Source: Eubacteriales bacterium (GTDB lineage Bacteria; Bacillota; Clostridia; Oscillospirales; CAG-272). From it: a DNA stretch of 64,000 bases. The stretch lies in assembly GCA_045632345.1 (NCBI GenBank), contig JAZQWM010000082.1, positions 147,686-211,685 of the forward strand, given 5' to 3'. Below are positions 41,298 through 51,297 of this stretch, in pieces (positions within the stretch are counted from its first letter, which is position 1; every line of letters starts with the position of its first letter). A model generated the notes under the pieces. It was not told where the DNA came from. It searched no databases and was given only the letters and a program-made list of their open reading frames with translations. Made by a program: the position numbers and the translations under genes.

Positions 41298-41485
41298 AGG
41301 GGTCAGGGGTCAGGGGTTCGCTACGCTCACAGGGTGGCTAGTTGTATTCCCTATTCTCTGCACACATCGTGTGCCCCTGCGAATGTAATGAGCCCCTATT
41401 CTCTGCACACATATTGTGCCCCTGTTTTGAAGTCGCCCCTGCGAATACAATGAGCCCCTGCAACACAGTTGCCCCTGTTCCCTGT
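41298..41485. repeat. REP/MITE-like family A copy
   Basis: Core plus subrepeats, between rimP and nusA. Confidence 0.85.
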
Positions 41486-41495
41486 TTACTTTCAA

Positions 41496-41948
41496 TTAAA
41501 ATTGAAAGTAAACATTCATCTTCGCAATAGCTTTTCTTGGAATTTCCTTGCCATCAATAGTTACGTTTTCCTCATCGTAGCCATCAAGTGAGCCGATAAT
41601 TTGCTTCGCTCCGTCAATAGGCGCGTAAAGCTTTGCGATAACTGTTTCGCCCATGCATACTGACATATGATAGTCGGTTTTAATATCTCTTTCGATTCCC
41701 GGAGAGGAAACCTCTAAATGATAAGCATCTTCAATTACGTCATGCTCGTCTAACTTAGGGTCGATTGCTCTTGACATTTTTTCGCAATCGTCAATGTCAA
41801 TCCCGTTTGGAGAGTCAATAGTAATTCTTAAATAGTACTCTGTGCCTTCCTTTACGTACTCTAAGTCCCAAATTGAGTAACCGATTTCTTTTGCGGTTGC
41901 TTCAACGACGGGAAGCAAGTAGGTTACGATTTGTTTTGCAGATTTCAT
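41496..41948 (-). CDS. rimP: Ribosome maturation factor RimP
   Basis: GIDIDDCE, YHLEVSSPGIER. Confidence 0.95.
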   Translation of the reverse strand: MKSAKQIVTYLLPVVEATAKEIGYSIWDLEYVKEGTEYYLRITIDSPNGIDIDDCEKMSRAIDPKLDEHDVIEDAYHLEVSSPGIERDIKTDYHMSVCMGETVIAKLYAPIDGAKQIIGSLDGYDEENVTIDGKEIPRKAIAKMNVYFQF

Positions 41949-41971
41949 GTGTCGCTCCTTTCAGTCGTAAA

Positions 41972-42100
41972 CAGGGGTCAGGAGTCAGTGGTCAGGGGTT
42001 CGCTTCGCTCACAGGGTGGCTAGTTGTATTCCCTATTCTCTGCACACATCGTGTGCCCCTGCGAATGTAATGAGCCCCTGTCCCTTGTCCCTTGACTCCT
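41972..42100. repeat. REP/MITE-like family A copy in the rimP 5' UTR
   Basis: Core plus arms. Confidence 0.85.
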
Positions 42101-42206
42101 ATTTTATTGCAAAACCTTTTTGCAATAAAATGAGAGCAGACTTAAAATCTGCTCTCGCCGTGGTATCAACTGCGTGTATTATAGCATAAGATTTCTTAAA
42201 TTTCAA
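42101..42206 (-). promoter_or_regulatory. rimP operon sigmaA promoter and leader hairpins (possible attenuator)
   Basis: Minus-strand TTGAAA-17-TATAAT (42206-42178), then GAGAGCAGA/TCTGCTCTC and TTTATTGCAAAA/TTTTGCAATAAA hairpins. Confidence 0.65.
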
Positions 42207-42358
42207 GTGTTTTTTCAATTTTTTTATTTATTGTATATTTTATTATAATATTTCTTATATTTTCTTATATTATTTTATTAAAAATCAATAATTTTTTGAG
42301 TACAATATTTACAAAAAGTCTTTTTTATGCTACAATACTTTAATAAATATAATAAGGA

Positions 42359-43480
42359 GTGAGTTATATGGACAATTTTGACAATATAAATAGCTCAACT
42401 GATATAGATAATGAAGCGCCCTTGACTGAGCAAACACAAAATGAGCAATCAAACGAAGAGCAAAGTCAAAAATTACCTGAGATTATAGAGAGCATAGCTC
42501 CTATCCCTGCATACGCGCCGAAGCAAAGCAGAGCCATGGAAATTTTTGTAGCTCTTGCAAAATGCGTTGGTTTTCTTTTCGTATGGCTTGGAGTTCAGTT
42601 CGTTTTAGTGCAAATTATGGGCATTGTTATTATGATGCAAAACCCTTCAATTTCACAAGCATCTCTTGAAAAAGAAATTTACAAGTACGCCCTTGAGCTA
42701 ACAGTTGACACAAATCTTATAGCATTGATTATCTTTTTCCTAGCTTATCTTTTAAGAGGTAAATCGCTTTTAAAGAAAATCAATATTTCTCTGCCAGATA
42801 AATCAGCATACGCACCTGTGGCTGTTATCGGCGCAACGGGACAGCTTGTAACCGCCATGATTTTAGGCGTGCTTATGAACGTTTTAAACCTTTTCCCCGA
42901 AAAATGGGTAGATGAGCTTAACAAAGCAAGCGGCGCTGTAACCGAGGGAAGTCCTTTACTTTCGTTCTTTGCGGTGGTAATTTTAGCACCTGTGTTTGAG
43001 GAAATTTTATGTCGTGGCTTAATTCTTGGCACACTTAAAAAGGTAATGCCAAAATGGTATGCAATCGTAATTTCCGCAGCTATTTTCGGTATCATTCACG
43101 GAAATCCAATTCAGTTTATTTATGCAACGGCAGTGGGCATCTTACTTGGCTGGCTCTATACTAAATATGAGTCCATTTTAGTGCCAATGCTTTGCCACCT
43201 TGCATTTAATTTAGTATCTACGCTTGTAGGATATATTGACCCTGAAAACATGGTTGCTACCGTGATTTTAGGCTTGGTTATGTATGCTTCAATACCGCTA
43301 TTTGTGCTGGCAATTATATATATCAACACCAAAAAAATTGACACAAAGACTGAGGATGTGTCTGAAAATCCTGTTTTCGTGCCAACAATTCCGGTAAACA
43401 CCGCGCCTGAATATAACGCAAGCGTTATTTTGGAGCTTGAAGAGCAAATAGAAGGAACAAATACAAATATAGAGGAGTAA
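42359..43480 (+). CDS. CPBP (CAAX protease-like) intramembrane metalloprotease
   Basis: EEILCRG, FGIIH, HLAFN, multiple TM helices. Confidence 0.88.
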   Translation: MSYMDNFDNINSSTDIDNEAPLTEQTQNEQSNEEQSQKLPEIIESIAPIPAYAPKQSRAMEIFVALAKCVGFLFVWLGVQFVLVQIMGIVIMMQNPSISQASLEKEIYKYALELTVDTNLIALIIFFLAYLLRGKSLLKKINISLPDKSAYAPVAVIGATGQLVTAMILGVLMNVLNLFPEKWVDELNKASGAVTEGSPLLSFFAVVILAPVFEEILCRGLILGTLKKVMPKWYAIVISAAIFGIIHGNPIQFIYATAVGILLGWLYTKYESILVPMLCHLAFNLVSTLVGYIDPENMVATVILGLVMYASIPLFVLAIIYINTKKIDTKTEDVSENPVFVPTIPVNTAPEYNASVILELEEQIEGTNTNIEE

Positions 43481-43483
43481 AAA

Positions 43484-44887
43484 ATGAACATTTATAATAC
43501 ACTTACAAAAAAGGTTGAACAGTTTAAGGAAAATGAAAACGGCAAGGTTAAGATGTACACCTGTGGCCCTACCGTTTACCACTTTGCGCATATTGGAAAT
43601 CTCCGTACCTATATGATGGAGGATATTTTAGAGAAGTTTCTTCGTTACTCAGGTCTTGACGTGCTTCGCGTAATGAACATTACCGACGTAGGACACTTAT
43701 CAAGCGATGGCGACACAGGCGAGGACAAAATGTTAAAGGGCGCTAAGCGTGAAAAGAAAACAGTTCTTGAAATTGCTGAATTTTATAAGAATGCATTCTT
43801 TGAGGACTGCAAGAAGCTTAACATCAAAACTCCTGATATCGTTGAGCCTGCAACTAACTGTATTCCTGAATTTATACACACAATCGAAGCATTAATTGAA
43901 AAGGGCTACGCTTATGAGGCTGACGGAAACATCTATTTTGATACGTCAAAATTAGAGGATTACAACGTTTTAACAGGACATTCAAGCGAGGAGCTTATGG
44001 TTGGCGTTCGTGAGGACGTAACTGAGGACACAAACAAGAAAAACAAGAGCGACTTCGTTCTTTGGTTTACAAAATCAAAGTTTGACGATCAAGAATTAAA
44101 GTGGAACAGCCCTTGGGGTATCGGTTATCCGGGCTGGCATATTGAATGCTCCGCCATTTCCATGAAGCATTGTGGCGAGTATCTTGATATTCACTGTGGT
44201 GGCGTTGATAACATTTTCCCACACCATACAAACGAAATCGCGCAAAGCGAAGCATATCTTGGACACAAGTGGTGCAATTATTGGTTCCACGTTCATCACT
44301 TAAACGATGAAACAGGCAAAATGTCAAAATCAAAGGGCGAATTCTTAACAGTTTCACTTCTTGAAAGCAAGGGCTATAACCCACTTGCATATAGATTCTT
44401 CTGCTTACAATCCCATTATAGAAAGCCACTTACCTTCTCATATGAGGCTCTTGACCAAGCTACTACAACATACAATAAGCTCTTAAAGAGAATTGACGCA
44501 TTAAACCCAAATACAGAGGTTGACAACGCATTCTTTGAAAGCGCAAAAGCTAAGTTTATCGACACAGTAGGCGCTGATTTAAACACAGCCCTTGGTATTA
44601 CATGTATCTATGACGTATTAAAGGCTGATACGACAGACGCAACAAAGCTTGCAGTATTAAAGAGCTTTGACGAGGTTTTATCAATCAATCTTGTAAGAGA
44701 AAAAACTGAGGAAGCGCCAAAGGAAAAGACGGAATTTGAGCTTCAAATTGAAGCCCTCATTGAGGAAAGAAAGCAAGCAAAGAAGGCCAAAAACTTTGCC
44801 CGCGCCGATGAAATCAGAAACGAGCTTGCTTCCATGGGCGTAACTATTAAGGACACGAGAGAAGGAACAATTTACACCATTGACTAA
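43484..44887 (+). CDS. cysS: Cysteine--tRNA ligase
   Basis: CGPTVY, HIGN, PGWHIEC, KMSKS. Confidence 0.97.
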   Translation: MNIYNTLTKKVEQFKENENGKVKMYTCGPTVYHFAHIGNLRTYMMEDILEKFLRYSGLDVLRVMNITDVGHLSSDGDTGEDKMLKGAKREKKTVLEIAEFYKNAFFEDCKKLNIKTPDIVEPATNCIPEFIHTIEALIEKGYAYEADGNIYFDTSKLEDYNVLTGHSSEELMVGVREDVTEDTNKKNKSDFVLWFTKSKFDDQELKWNSPWGIGYPGWHIECSAISMKHCGEYLDIHCGGVDNIFPHHTNEIAQSEAYLGHKWCNYWFHVHHLNDETGKMSKSKGEFLTVSLLESKGYNPLAYRFFCLQSHYRKPLTFSYEALDQATTTYNKLLKRIDALNPNTEVDNAFFESAKAKFIDTVGADLNTALGITCIYDVLKADTTDATKLAVLKSFDEVLSINLVREKTEEAPKEKTEFELQIEALIEERKQAKKAKNFARADEIRNELASMGVTIKDTREGTIYTID

Positions 44888-44907
44888 TGGTGTAAACAGT
44901 TCCTTCA

Positions 44908-44988
44908 AGGGGACAGGAGACAGGGGCTCATTGCATTCGCAGGGAATAACTAACCATCCCTGTGAGCGTAGCGAACCCATATCCCCTA
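44908..44988. repeat. REP/MITE-like family A copy (reversed)
   Basis: CCCTGTGAGCGTAGCGAACCC. Confidence 0.8.
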
Positions 44989-45226
44989 AAAAGAACGAAT
45001 GCAAGGGCTTTAGAGGGTGAGGGAAAATTTGGGAGCGCGTACACGTCGGCGTACTTGTGTACGACAGAGTAGCGTCTCACAAATAGAAAAGCAAAATGAA
45101 AATTCTTCCCAAAGGGAAAATTTTCTACATTAAAAAGGTTCGTTATCGTATTGATAAGCAAAGGACACTATTTTAAATTTTGCTTTTCGGTTTCACCAGC
45201 GTGTAAAGTCCGTAAGGAGCGAACTT

Positions 45227-45397
45227 ATGAACTGCGAAACATGCGAACACTACGACTACGACGAGGAATACGAAGCATTTGTGTGCAAATTAGACCTTGA
45301 CGAGGACGAATATTTAAACTTTATAACATGCAAAACTAAAAACTGTCCCTACTATAAATATTACGACGAATATAAATCTGTACAGAAGCAGAATTGA
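45227..45397 (+). CDS. Small Cys-rich protein (DUF6472-like), below the ORF-track length cutoff
   Basis: AAGGAG RBS; MNCETCEHYDYDEEYEAFVCKLDLDEDE...CPYY..YDEYKSVQKQN. Confidence 0.75.
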   Translation: MNCETCEHYDYDEEYEAFVCKLDLDEDEYLNFITCKTKNCPYYKYYDEYKSVQKQN

Positions 45398-45464
45398 TTT
45401 GTAGCAGCTGTGAGCTGTGAGCGCAACGAACCTCTGAACACTACAAAGCGACCGAAGGCAGTGA

Positions 45465-45650
45465 AATGAGTTATGAGTTTGCTATGCAAACGTTATGAAC
45501 TTAACTCCGTTAAGCGTTATGAATTTTGCAGAGCAAAATGTTATGATATGATTACCTTAATCACATCTAACGCCGAAAGGCTCATAACGGCGAAGCCTCA
45601 TAACTACGCGAAGCGTATCATAACTTGCCGCAGGCAATCATAACTGCTTT
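45465..45650. repeat. GTTATGA/TCATAAC inverted short-repeat array
   Basis: Several GTTATGA units followed by several TCATAAC units; a similar array lies at 46665-46810. Confidence 0.7.
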
Positions 45651-45679
45651 GCGGACAAAGTAACGAAAGGAGTGAACCC

Positions 45680-46651
45680 ATGTTCAACCGCAAAGCTATC
45701 CTTGCTCCAATGGCGGGCATAACGGACTACGCCTTCCGTGAAATTGCAAGGCGATACGGCGCTGACCTTTGTGTTAGCGAAATGATAAGCGCAAAGGCTG
45801 TGCATTATAAGGACGAAAAAACAGCCACTCTTGCATACATAAGAGAAAATGACAAGCCTATCGGTATTCAAATTTTCGGTAGCGAGCCTGATATTATGGC
45901 GGAGTGCGCTTTTCTTATTTCATCAGCTACATATGAACACGCAAAAAGCAATATCACACCAGACTACATTGATATAAATATGGGCTGTCCCGTTAAAAAG
46001 ATTGTATCTAACGGCGAGGGTAGCGCACTACTAAAAAACCCCGACCTGTGTGGACAAATCGTTAAAAAATGCGTAGAAGCAACCAAGCTTCCCATAACTG
46101 TAAAGATACGTGCAGGCTGGGATAAAAACACAATTAACGCCACAGAGGTGGCTAAAATCGTTGAAGCCAACGGTGCAAGTGCTATTGCCATTCACGGCAG
46201 AACAAGAGAGCAAATGTACGAGCCTTATGCCGATTGGCAAATTATAAAAGAGGTAAAGAAAGCGGTCAGTATTCCCGTTATCGGTAACGGCGATATTTTT
46301 ACCGCACAAGATGCAATAAGAATGTATGAGGAAACAGGCGTTGACTCCGTAATGGTCGGTAGAGGCGCCCTTGGAAATCCCTTTATTTTTGAGGAAATAA
46401 AGTGCCTTTTAAGTGGAAAATCATACACTCCCCCCACCGTTTCTGAAAAAATCGCCACCGCACGCGACCAAGTCGCTCTTATGATAGAGGACAAAGGCGA
46501 AGCTATCGCAATCTGCGAAGCAAGAAAGCATCTTGCTTGGTACATCAAGGGACTCCGCGGTTGTACCGATATTAAGGTGGCAATAAATAAAGCAACAACG
46601 TTTGATGAATTAAATGAGATTTTGACAAGCTATGAGCATTCACTGATTTAA
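45680..46651 (+). CDS. dusB: tRNA-dihydrouridine synthase B
   Basis: LAPMAGITD, DINMGCP, HGRT, GNGD. Confidence 0.93.
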   Translation: MFNRKAILAPMAGITDYAFREIARRYGADLCVSEMISAKAVHYKDEKTATLAYIRENDKPIGIQIFGSEPDIMAECAFLISSATYEHAKSNITPDYIDINMGCPVKKIVSNGEGSALLKNPDLCGQIVKKCVEATKLPITVKIRAGWDKNTINATEVAKIVEANGASAIAIHGRTREQMYEPYADWQIIKEVKKAVSIPVIGNGDIFTAQDAIRMYEETGVDSVMVGRGALGNPFIFEEIKCLLSGKSYTPPTVSEKIATARDQVALMIEDKGEAIAICEARKHLAWYIKGLRGCTDIKVAINKATTFDELNEILTSYEHSLI

Positions 46652-46664
46652 GCCACCTTAATAT

Positions 46665-46810
46665 CAGTTATGATTGCCTTCGGCAAGTTATGATGTGCCA
46701 AAGCACAGCTTAAGGTTACATAAAGGCAATCATATCATAACGTTTACGGAGTAAACTCATAACGCTTGCTTGCAAGCTCATAACATTTACGAAGTAAATT
46801 CATAACTTAC
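46665..46810. repeat. GTTATGA/TCATAAC inverted short-repeat array
   Basis: Two GTTATGA units then four TCATAAC units. Confidence 0.7.
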
Positions 46811-46887
46811 ATAAATCAATCAATAATCAAGCTTCGCTGACTGCTGGTTGCTGTCGGCTGGCATCTTCCAAACAACGTGAGGACTAC

Positions 46888-47799
46888 ATGAAAAAAACAA
46901 GATTTATTTACCCCTTCATCTGCCTTCTTGCCGCAATAATCTGGGGACTAAGCTTCCCTTTTCAAGATATGGCAGGAGAAAACGCCCACATATTTGACGG
47001 CTTTATGTTTAACGGTCTGCGCTTTTTAATAGGCGGCTTGGTTGTTATTCCTGTTTTCCTTCTTTTTGAAAAGGAAAAGGAGCTAAAAGCAGAGGAAAGA
47101 AAGGTCAAGCACAAAAACACTGTGCTTCTTGGCATAATTTCCGGTCTTATTCTCTCTTGCGCATCGGTTTTACAGCAATTCGGTATTCAAATGACGGGAG
47201 AAAGCGGAAAAGCAGGCTTTATTACAGGACTTTACCTAATTATCGTGCCTGTTGGAGCTTTCATTATGTTTAGACAAAAGGCTTCTCTTTTTGTTTGGAT
47301 TGCTATTCCTATTTCAGTTTTAGGCTTATATTTCCTATCAATTTCCGATGGCTTTACAATCAAAACAGGCGATATTTTAGTAATCTTATGTGCATTCGGC
47401 TACGCGGCGCAAATTATTTTTATTGACCGTGTTAGCACAAAAATCAGTGCAATCAGATTTTCCTGTACTCAATTCCTAACCACCGCCGTGGTTTGCATTA
47501 TACTCAGCCTACTTTTCGGTCATACCACCTGGGAGGGCGTTGTTTCAACAATCGTTCCTATTCTCTACTGTGGCGTATTCTCCGCAGGCGCGGCGTTTAC
47601 TCTCCAGGTTGTAGGTCAAAAGCATACTCCACCGGCAGTAGCCTCAATTCTCTTTGCAACTGAGGGACTTTTCGCCACAATCTTCGAGTGCCTAATTGAA
47701 TTAAAGCTACCAAGCCTAAAAATCACAATCGGCTGTGTCCTTATGCTTGTAGCCATTATGCTTTCACAGATAACTTTTTCTCCAAAGAAAAAGTTATAG
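46888..47799 (+). CDS. DMT/EamA family transporter
   Basis: About 10 TM helices; IWGLSF, KAGFITGLY, FTLQVVGQK. Confidence 0.9.
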   Translation: MKKTRFIYPFICLLAAIIWGLSFPFQDMAGENAHIFDGFMFNGLRFLIGGLVVIPVFLLFEKEKELKAEERKVKHKNTVLLGIISGLILSCASVLQQFGIQMTGESGKAGFITGLYLIIVPVGAFIMFRQKASLFVWIAIPISVLGLYFLSISDGFTIKTGDILVILCAFGYAAQIIFIDRVSTKISAIRFSCTQFLTTAVVCIILSLLFGHTTWEGVVSTIVPILYCGVFSAGAAFTLQVVGQKHTPPAVASILFATEGLFATIFECLIELKLPSLKITIGCVLMLVAIMLSQITFSPKKKL

Positions 47800-47874
47800 C
47801 CATTAGCGGTTAGCTGTTAGCGGTCAGCGAGATTAGTTGACAAATTTAATTGAATAATAAAAAATCGAGATTTA

Positions 47875-47919
47875 TCGGTAAAACTATACCGGTCAGTCCC
47901 GGTTTTTTTATTTTATAAT
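47875..47919 (+). promoter_or_regulatory. Conserved non-sigmaA promoter motif, copy 1
   Basis: TACCGGTCAGTCCCGG-T7-ATTT-TATAAT upstream of the initiator gene. Confidence 0.7.
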
Positions 47920-47959
47920 TGTATCAGAAGTAAATAAACAATTATAAAGGAGAAACAAA

Positions 47960-49120
47960 ATGGAACAACAAGGCTGGGTAAAATTTTATAGGGAATGGTT
48001 AGATAACCCAATAATAACAAAGGACAGTGAGCATTTGGCAGTATGGACTTATTTGAACTGTCAAGCAATACATACAGAAGTGGAATGTATTTTCAACAAT
48101 GAAAAAATCACTTTAAAAGCAGGACAAGCTATTTTTAAACAGTGCGATATGGCTGAATATTTGAAAATTGACAGATTTAAAGTGCTAAGAATATTAAAGT
48201 GCTTTGAAAATGCACGTCTGATTACACATCAAACAGATAAGCGAAAAACCCTGATAACGCTTGAACTTTGGGCGGTTTGTCAGGGATTAAATACACAACC
48301 AAATGCACTTCCATTGCACGTTCAATGCACATCTAACCAAGAAACAGAAAACGAAAAAGAGAAAAGAAGCAAAAGAGAAAAAGATAAAGAAAAAGAAATA
48401 AACAAGAATGAAAAGAATGAAAGAATATATATCCCCCCTTATATCCCCCCATTAGGGGAAATGAACGGAAACGCTCCTTTTTCCCTTTCGGAAAAACACG
48501 GACAGGGGACGGGGGCGTGTCCGCAGGACCTTGATAGGTGGCTTGAAGAGGATGACGGTATCGACGATTGGGACAAAGTTCAAATTTATTATAGAAATTT
48601 GAACAGCTGTCAGCAAGATAGCTTAACAGAGGATAACGAAACGAACGGTTTTGCACTTACCAATCCTATTCAGCAAGAAAAGGAAGAAAGAAGCAACCCT
48701 CAACCCCAACCCCCTTCTCCCTTTGCCACGGGCGAACATTTGCCGCAGGCAACTTCGTTTGAGGCAACGCCTCAACTTCATTGCGAAGTACTTCATTTGA
48801 ACAAGGTTCAACATCGTTCCGAAAAAGACCTTGAGGAGTTTTTCGGGCTTTTCTGGCAAGCATATCCTAAAAAGGTTGGCAAGGGATACGCTTTTGATTG
48901 CTTTAAAAAGATAAGAGTATCAAGAGCGTTACTTGATACCATGCTAGAAGCAATCGCCAAGCAAAAGAAAAGCGATATGTGGAAGCGAGATAAGGGTCAG
49001 TACATACCAAATCCGTCAACGTGGCTTAATCAAAAACGCTGGGAAGACGATTTAGGCGGCGAAGCTGACGACGACGGTCAAATTCCTTGGAGCAAATTTA
49101 ACCTTGGAATTGTTTTGTAA
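47960..49120 (+). CDS. Phage-type replication initiator / replisome organizer
   Basis: N-terminal GWVKFYR...ITLKAGQ; KE-rich linker; C-terminal FWQAYPKKVGK...IPNPSTWLNQKRWED. Confidence 0.8.
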   Translation: MEQQGWVKFYREWLDNPIITKDSEHLAVWTYLNCQAIHTEVECIFNNEKITLKAGQAIFKQCDMAEYLKIDRFKVLRILKCFENARLITHQTDKRKTLITLELWAVCQGLNTQPNALPLHVQCTSNQETENEKEKRSKREKDKEKEINKNEKNERIYIPPYIPPLGEMNGNAPFSLSEKHGQGTGACPQDLDRWLEEDDGIDDWDKVQIYYRNLNSCQQDSLTEDNETNGFALTNPIQQEKEERSNPQPQPPSPFATGEHLPQATSFEATPQLHCEVLHLNKVQHRSEKDLEEFFGLFWQAYPKKVGKGYAFDCFKKIRVSRALLDTMLEAIAKQKKSDMWKRDKGQYIPNPSTWLNQKRWEDDLGGEADDDGQIPWSKFNLGIVL

Positions 49121-49144
49121 TTTATTTGAAAAAAAGTTTGATTT

Positions 49145-49189
49145 TCGGTAAAAGTATACCGGTCAGTCCCGGTTTTTTTATGCAATAAT
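49145..49189 (+). promoter_or_regulatory. Conserved non-sigmaA promoter motif, copy 2
   Basis: 35 of 36 nt identical to copy 1, then TGC-AATAAT; upstream of the terminase. Confidence 0.7.
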
Positions 49190-49361
49190 AGAGTTGCAGG
49201 GGAAGAGAGAAACAAAACAAACGCTTAATGCAAGATTAAATCAATAATCAAATCTTGCTGACCGCTGACTCAGCCTTCCTTGTGTAAAGGAAGGGGGACC
49301 ACGAATGTGGTGGAAGGATTGTTCTTCCGCTGACAGCTTAAGCGACCGAAGGGGGCGAAAA

Positions 49362-51140
49362 ATGACCATTCATGACTTGATTAGTAAAAGAAAACAGCGG
49401 TGGCAAGAAATGCGCGATATTGAATACGACCGCATTTTAGTGGAAGCTATTGCCGATAAAATTCTGGAAAGCGAGGAGCTAAGAGGTCAAATTATTAAAA
49501 AGCCGTATTTGTTGATTGAATGCTGCTTCACTATCGTTGATAAGCAAAAAAGAACCGTTCCCTTCTTTTTGAATGACGTTCAACGTGATTTCATCAATAA
49601 AATTGAAGAATACGGCACGTCAAAGCCATTTTTCGTGCTAAAAGGCAGACAGCAAGGCTTTACAACTGTAATTACCGCCATTCAGCTATCCTATGCCATT
49701 GTGCGAAAAAACTTTTCCGGATTTACTCTTGCGGACAGAGATGACAACACCAAGGCAATTTTCATTGACAAGGCGAAAATGATTTACTCTAATCTGCCTG
49801 AAAGATTAAAGCCAACGGAAAAATTCAATTCAGTAAACGAATTGTTTTTTGACAAGCTGAACTCTTCATGGCGTATTGCCTCAGCCACCTCAAACGTAGG
49901 ACGAAGCAGAACATTATCCTTTATTCATTATTCAGAGGTAGCGTTTTTTAACTGTCCCTTGGCTGATTTACAAAAATCAATTCAAGAGGCGGCAATCAAG
50001 GATGCTCTTTGTATCTACGAGACCACCGCCAACGGCTTCAATGAGGCGAAATCTCTTTGGGACTTAAACTCCTGTCATAACCTTTTTTACGAATGGTGGA
50101 AAACTCCCGAATATGTGTCAGATGAATATGAATATCTTGAAAATACAGACACATGGTTAACAAATAGGCTTAAAAACCTTGAAAAAATCGGGCTTAGCCG
50201 TGAGCAGCGTACTTGGTATGCAAAAAAATATTCTTCCTATATAGACAAGTCGTCAATAAAGCAAGAATATCCCTGCTCACCTGAGGAAGCCTTCGTATCC
50301 AGCGGCAGCTGTGTCTTTAACAAGGACGAAATAAGCGAATATTTAAGCGTTTTTGACGTAAAATCAAGGATTGGCGTATTTGAATATGACAAAATAGCGC
50401 ACCCCGTAATCTCCCCTGACGGAAATCTGCTAGGCTGTACGTATTCCATTGAAAATATCCGTTTTATTGACACACCCTCGGGCTTTATATCAATAGTTGA
50501 CACGCCTTACTCTGAAAACAAAGGCACGCAAATATTAAAAAAGCCATACGTTATTGGCGCAGATACTGCGGGCACAGGCAAGGACTTCTTTACCGCCAAG
50601 GTTATTGACAACACAAACGCAAGATGTGTGGCAACGCTACGAAAGCAGTACATGGACGAGGATTTATTCGCCGAACAGCTTTACTGCCTTGGAAGGTTTT
50701 ATAATGACGCATTGATTGGCGTTGAAACAAACTATTCCACCCACCCTGTAAGGCATTTAAGGTCATTAGGCTATGAAAATCTTTACGTTTCAAAAACCAT
50801 GTCAACCTTCGGCGACGTAACGGACAAGCATTACGGCTTTATTACCACCTCAGTAAGCAGACCTATAATTATCTCTAACTTAGTGTCTGTAATGAGAGAA
50901 AACGTAAAGCTTGAAACCGACCGTCAAACGCTCATTGAAATGACAACCTTCATTAAGCGAAACGACGGTAAAAGCGGTGCATGTGATGGCGCTCATGACG
51001 ATTTGGTGTTAGCTGCAGCAATCGCGCGGTACATATCTATTGATTATGAGCATAATATGCAAATAATTGACACATCCCAGGACTTTCTTATTAAAAACTT
51101 CTCTTCTCCTTCCCCTGAAAATTCATTTATGGAGTGGTAA
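49362..51140 (+). CDS. terL: Phage terminase large subunit
   Basis: LKGRQQGFTT (Walker A), IHYSEVAF (Walker B), ETTANG, QEYP, IGADTAG, VETN, HDDLVLA. Confidence 0.9.
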   Translation: MTIHDLISKRKQRWQEMRDIEYDRILVEAIADKILESEELRGQIIKKPYLLIECCFTIVDKQKRTVPFFLNDVQRDFINKIEEYGTSKPFFVLKGRQQGFTTVITAIQLSYAIVRKNFSGFTLADRDDNTKAIFIDKAKMIYSNLPERLKPTEKFNSVNELFFDKLNSSWRIASATSNVGRSRTLSFIHYSEVAFFNCPLADLQKSIQEAAIKDALCIYETTANGFNEAKSLWDLNSCHNLFYEWWKTPEYVSDEYEYLENTDTWLTNRLKNLEKIGLSREQRTWYAKKYSSYIDKSSIKQEYPCSPEEAFVSSGSCVFNKDEISEYLSVFDVKSRIGVFEYDKIAHPVISPDGNLLGCTYSIENIRFIDTPSGFISIVDTPYSENKGTQILKKPYVIGADTAGTGKDFFTAKVIDNTNARCVATLRKQYMDEDLFAEQLYCLGRFYNDALIGVETNYSTHPVRHLRSLGYENLYVSKTMSTFGDVTDKHYGFITTSVSRPIIISNLVSVMRENVKLETDRQTLIEMTTFIKRNDGKSGACDGAHDDLVLAAAIARYISIDYEHNMQIIDTSQDFLIKNFSSPSPENSFMEW

Positions 51141-51141
51141 A

Positions 51142-51297
51142 ATGATAAAAATATTAAAAAGAATACGGGAGCTTGAAAAAAGAGTTTCCCATATTGAAAA
51201 AGCATTAGAAGGCGTAAATAACGTGCCTACCTCTGATGCTGACACGTCTGACTACAAGGAGGTGATTGACGAGTGGCTCAATGGCAAAAAGAGATAG
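51142..51297 (+). CDS. Small coiled-coil protein between terminase and portal
   Basis: GGAG RBS; ATG two bases after the terL stop; MIKILKRIRELEKRV...VIDEWLNG. Confidence 0.65.
   Translation: MIKILKRIRELEKRVSHIEKALEGVNNVPTSDADTSDYKEVIDEWLNGKKR

Noticed and set aside
42359-43480. CPBP protein as an abortive-infection gene
   Set aside because: The Abi label of this family is historical; here it is a membrane protease in a housekeeping context with cysS.
44995-45200. Structured spacer after cysS (possible ncRNA or T-box)
   Set aside because: Hairpins exist, but there is no T-box motif, clear promoter or terminator.
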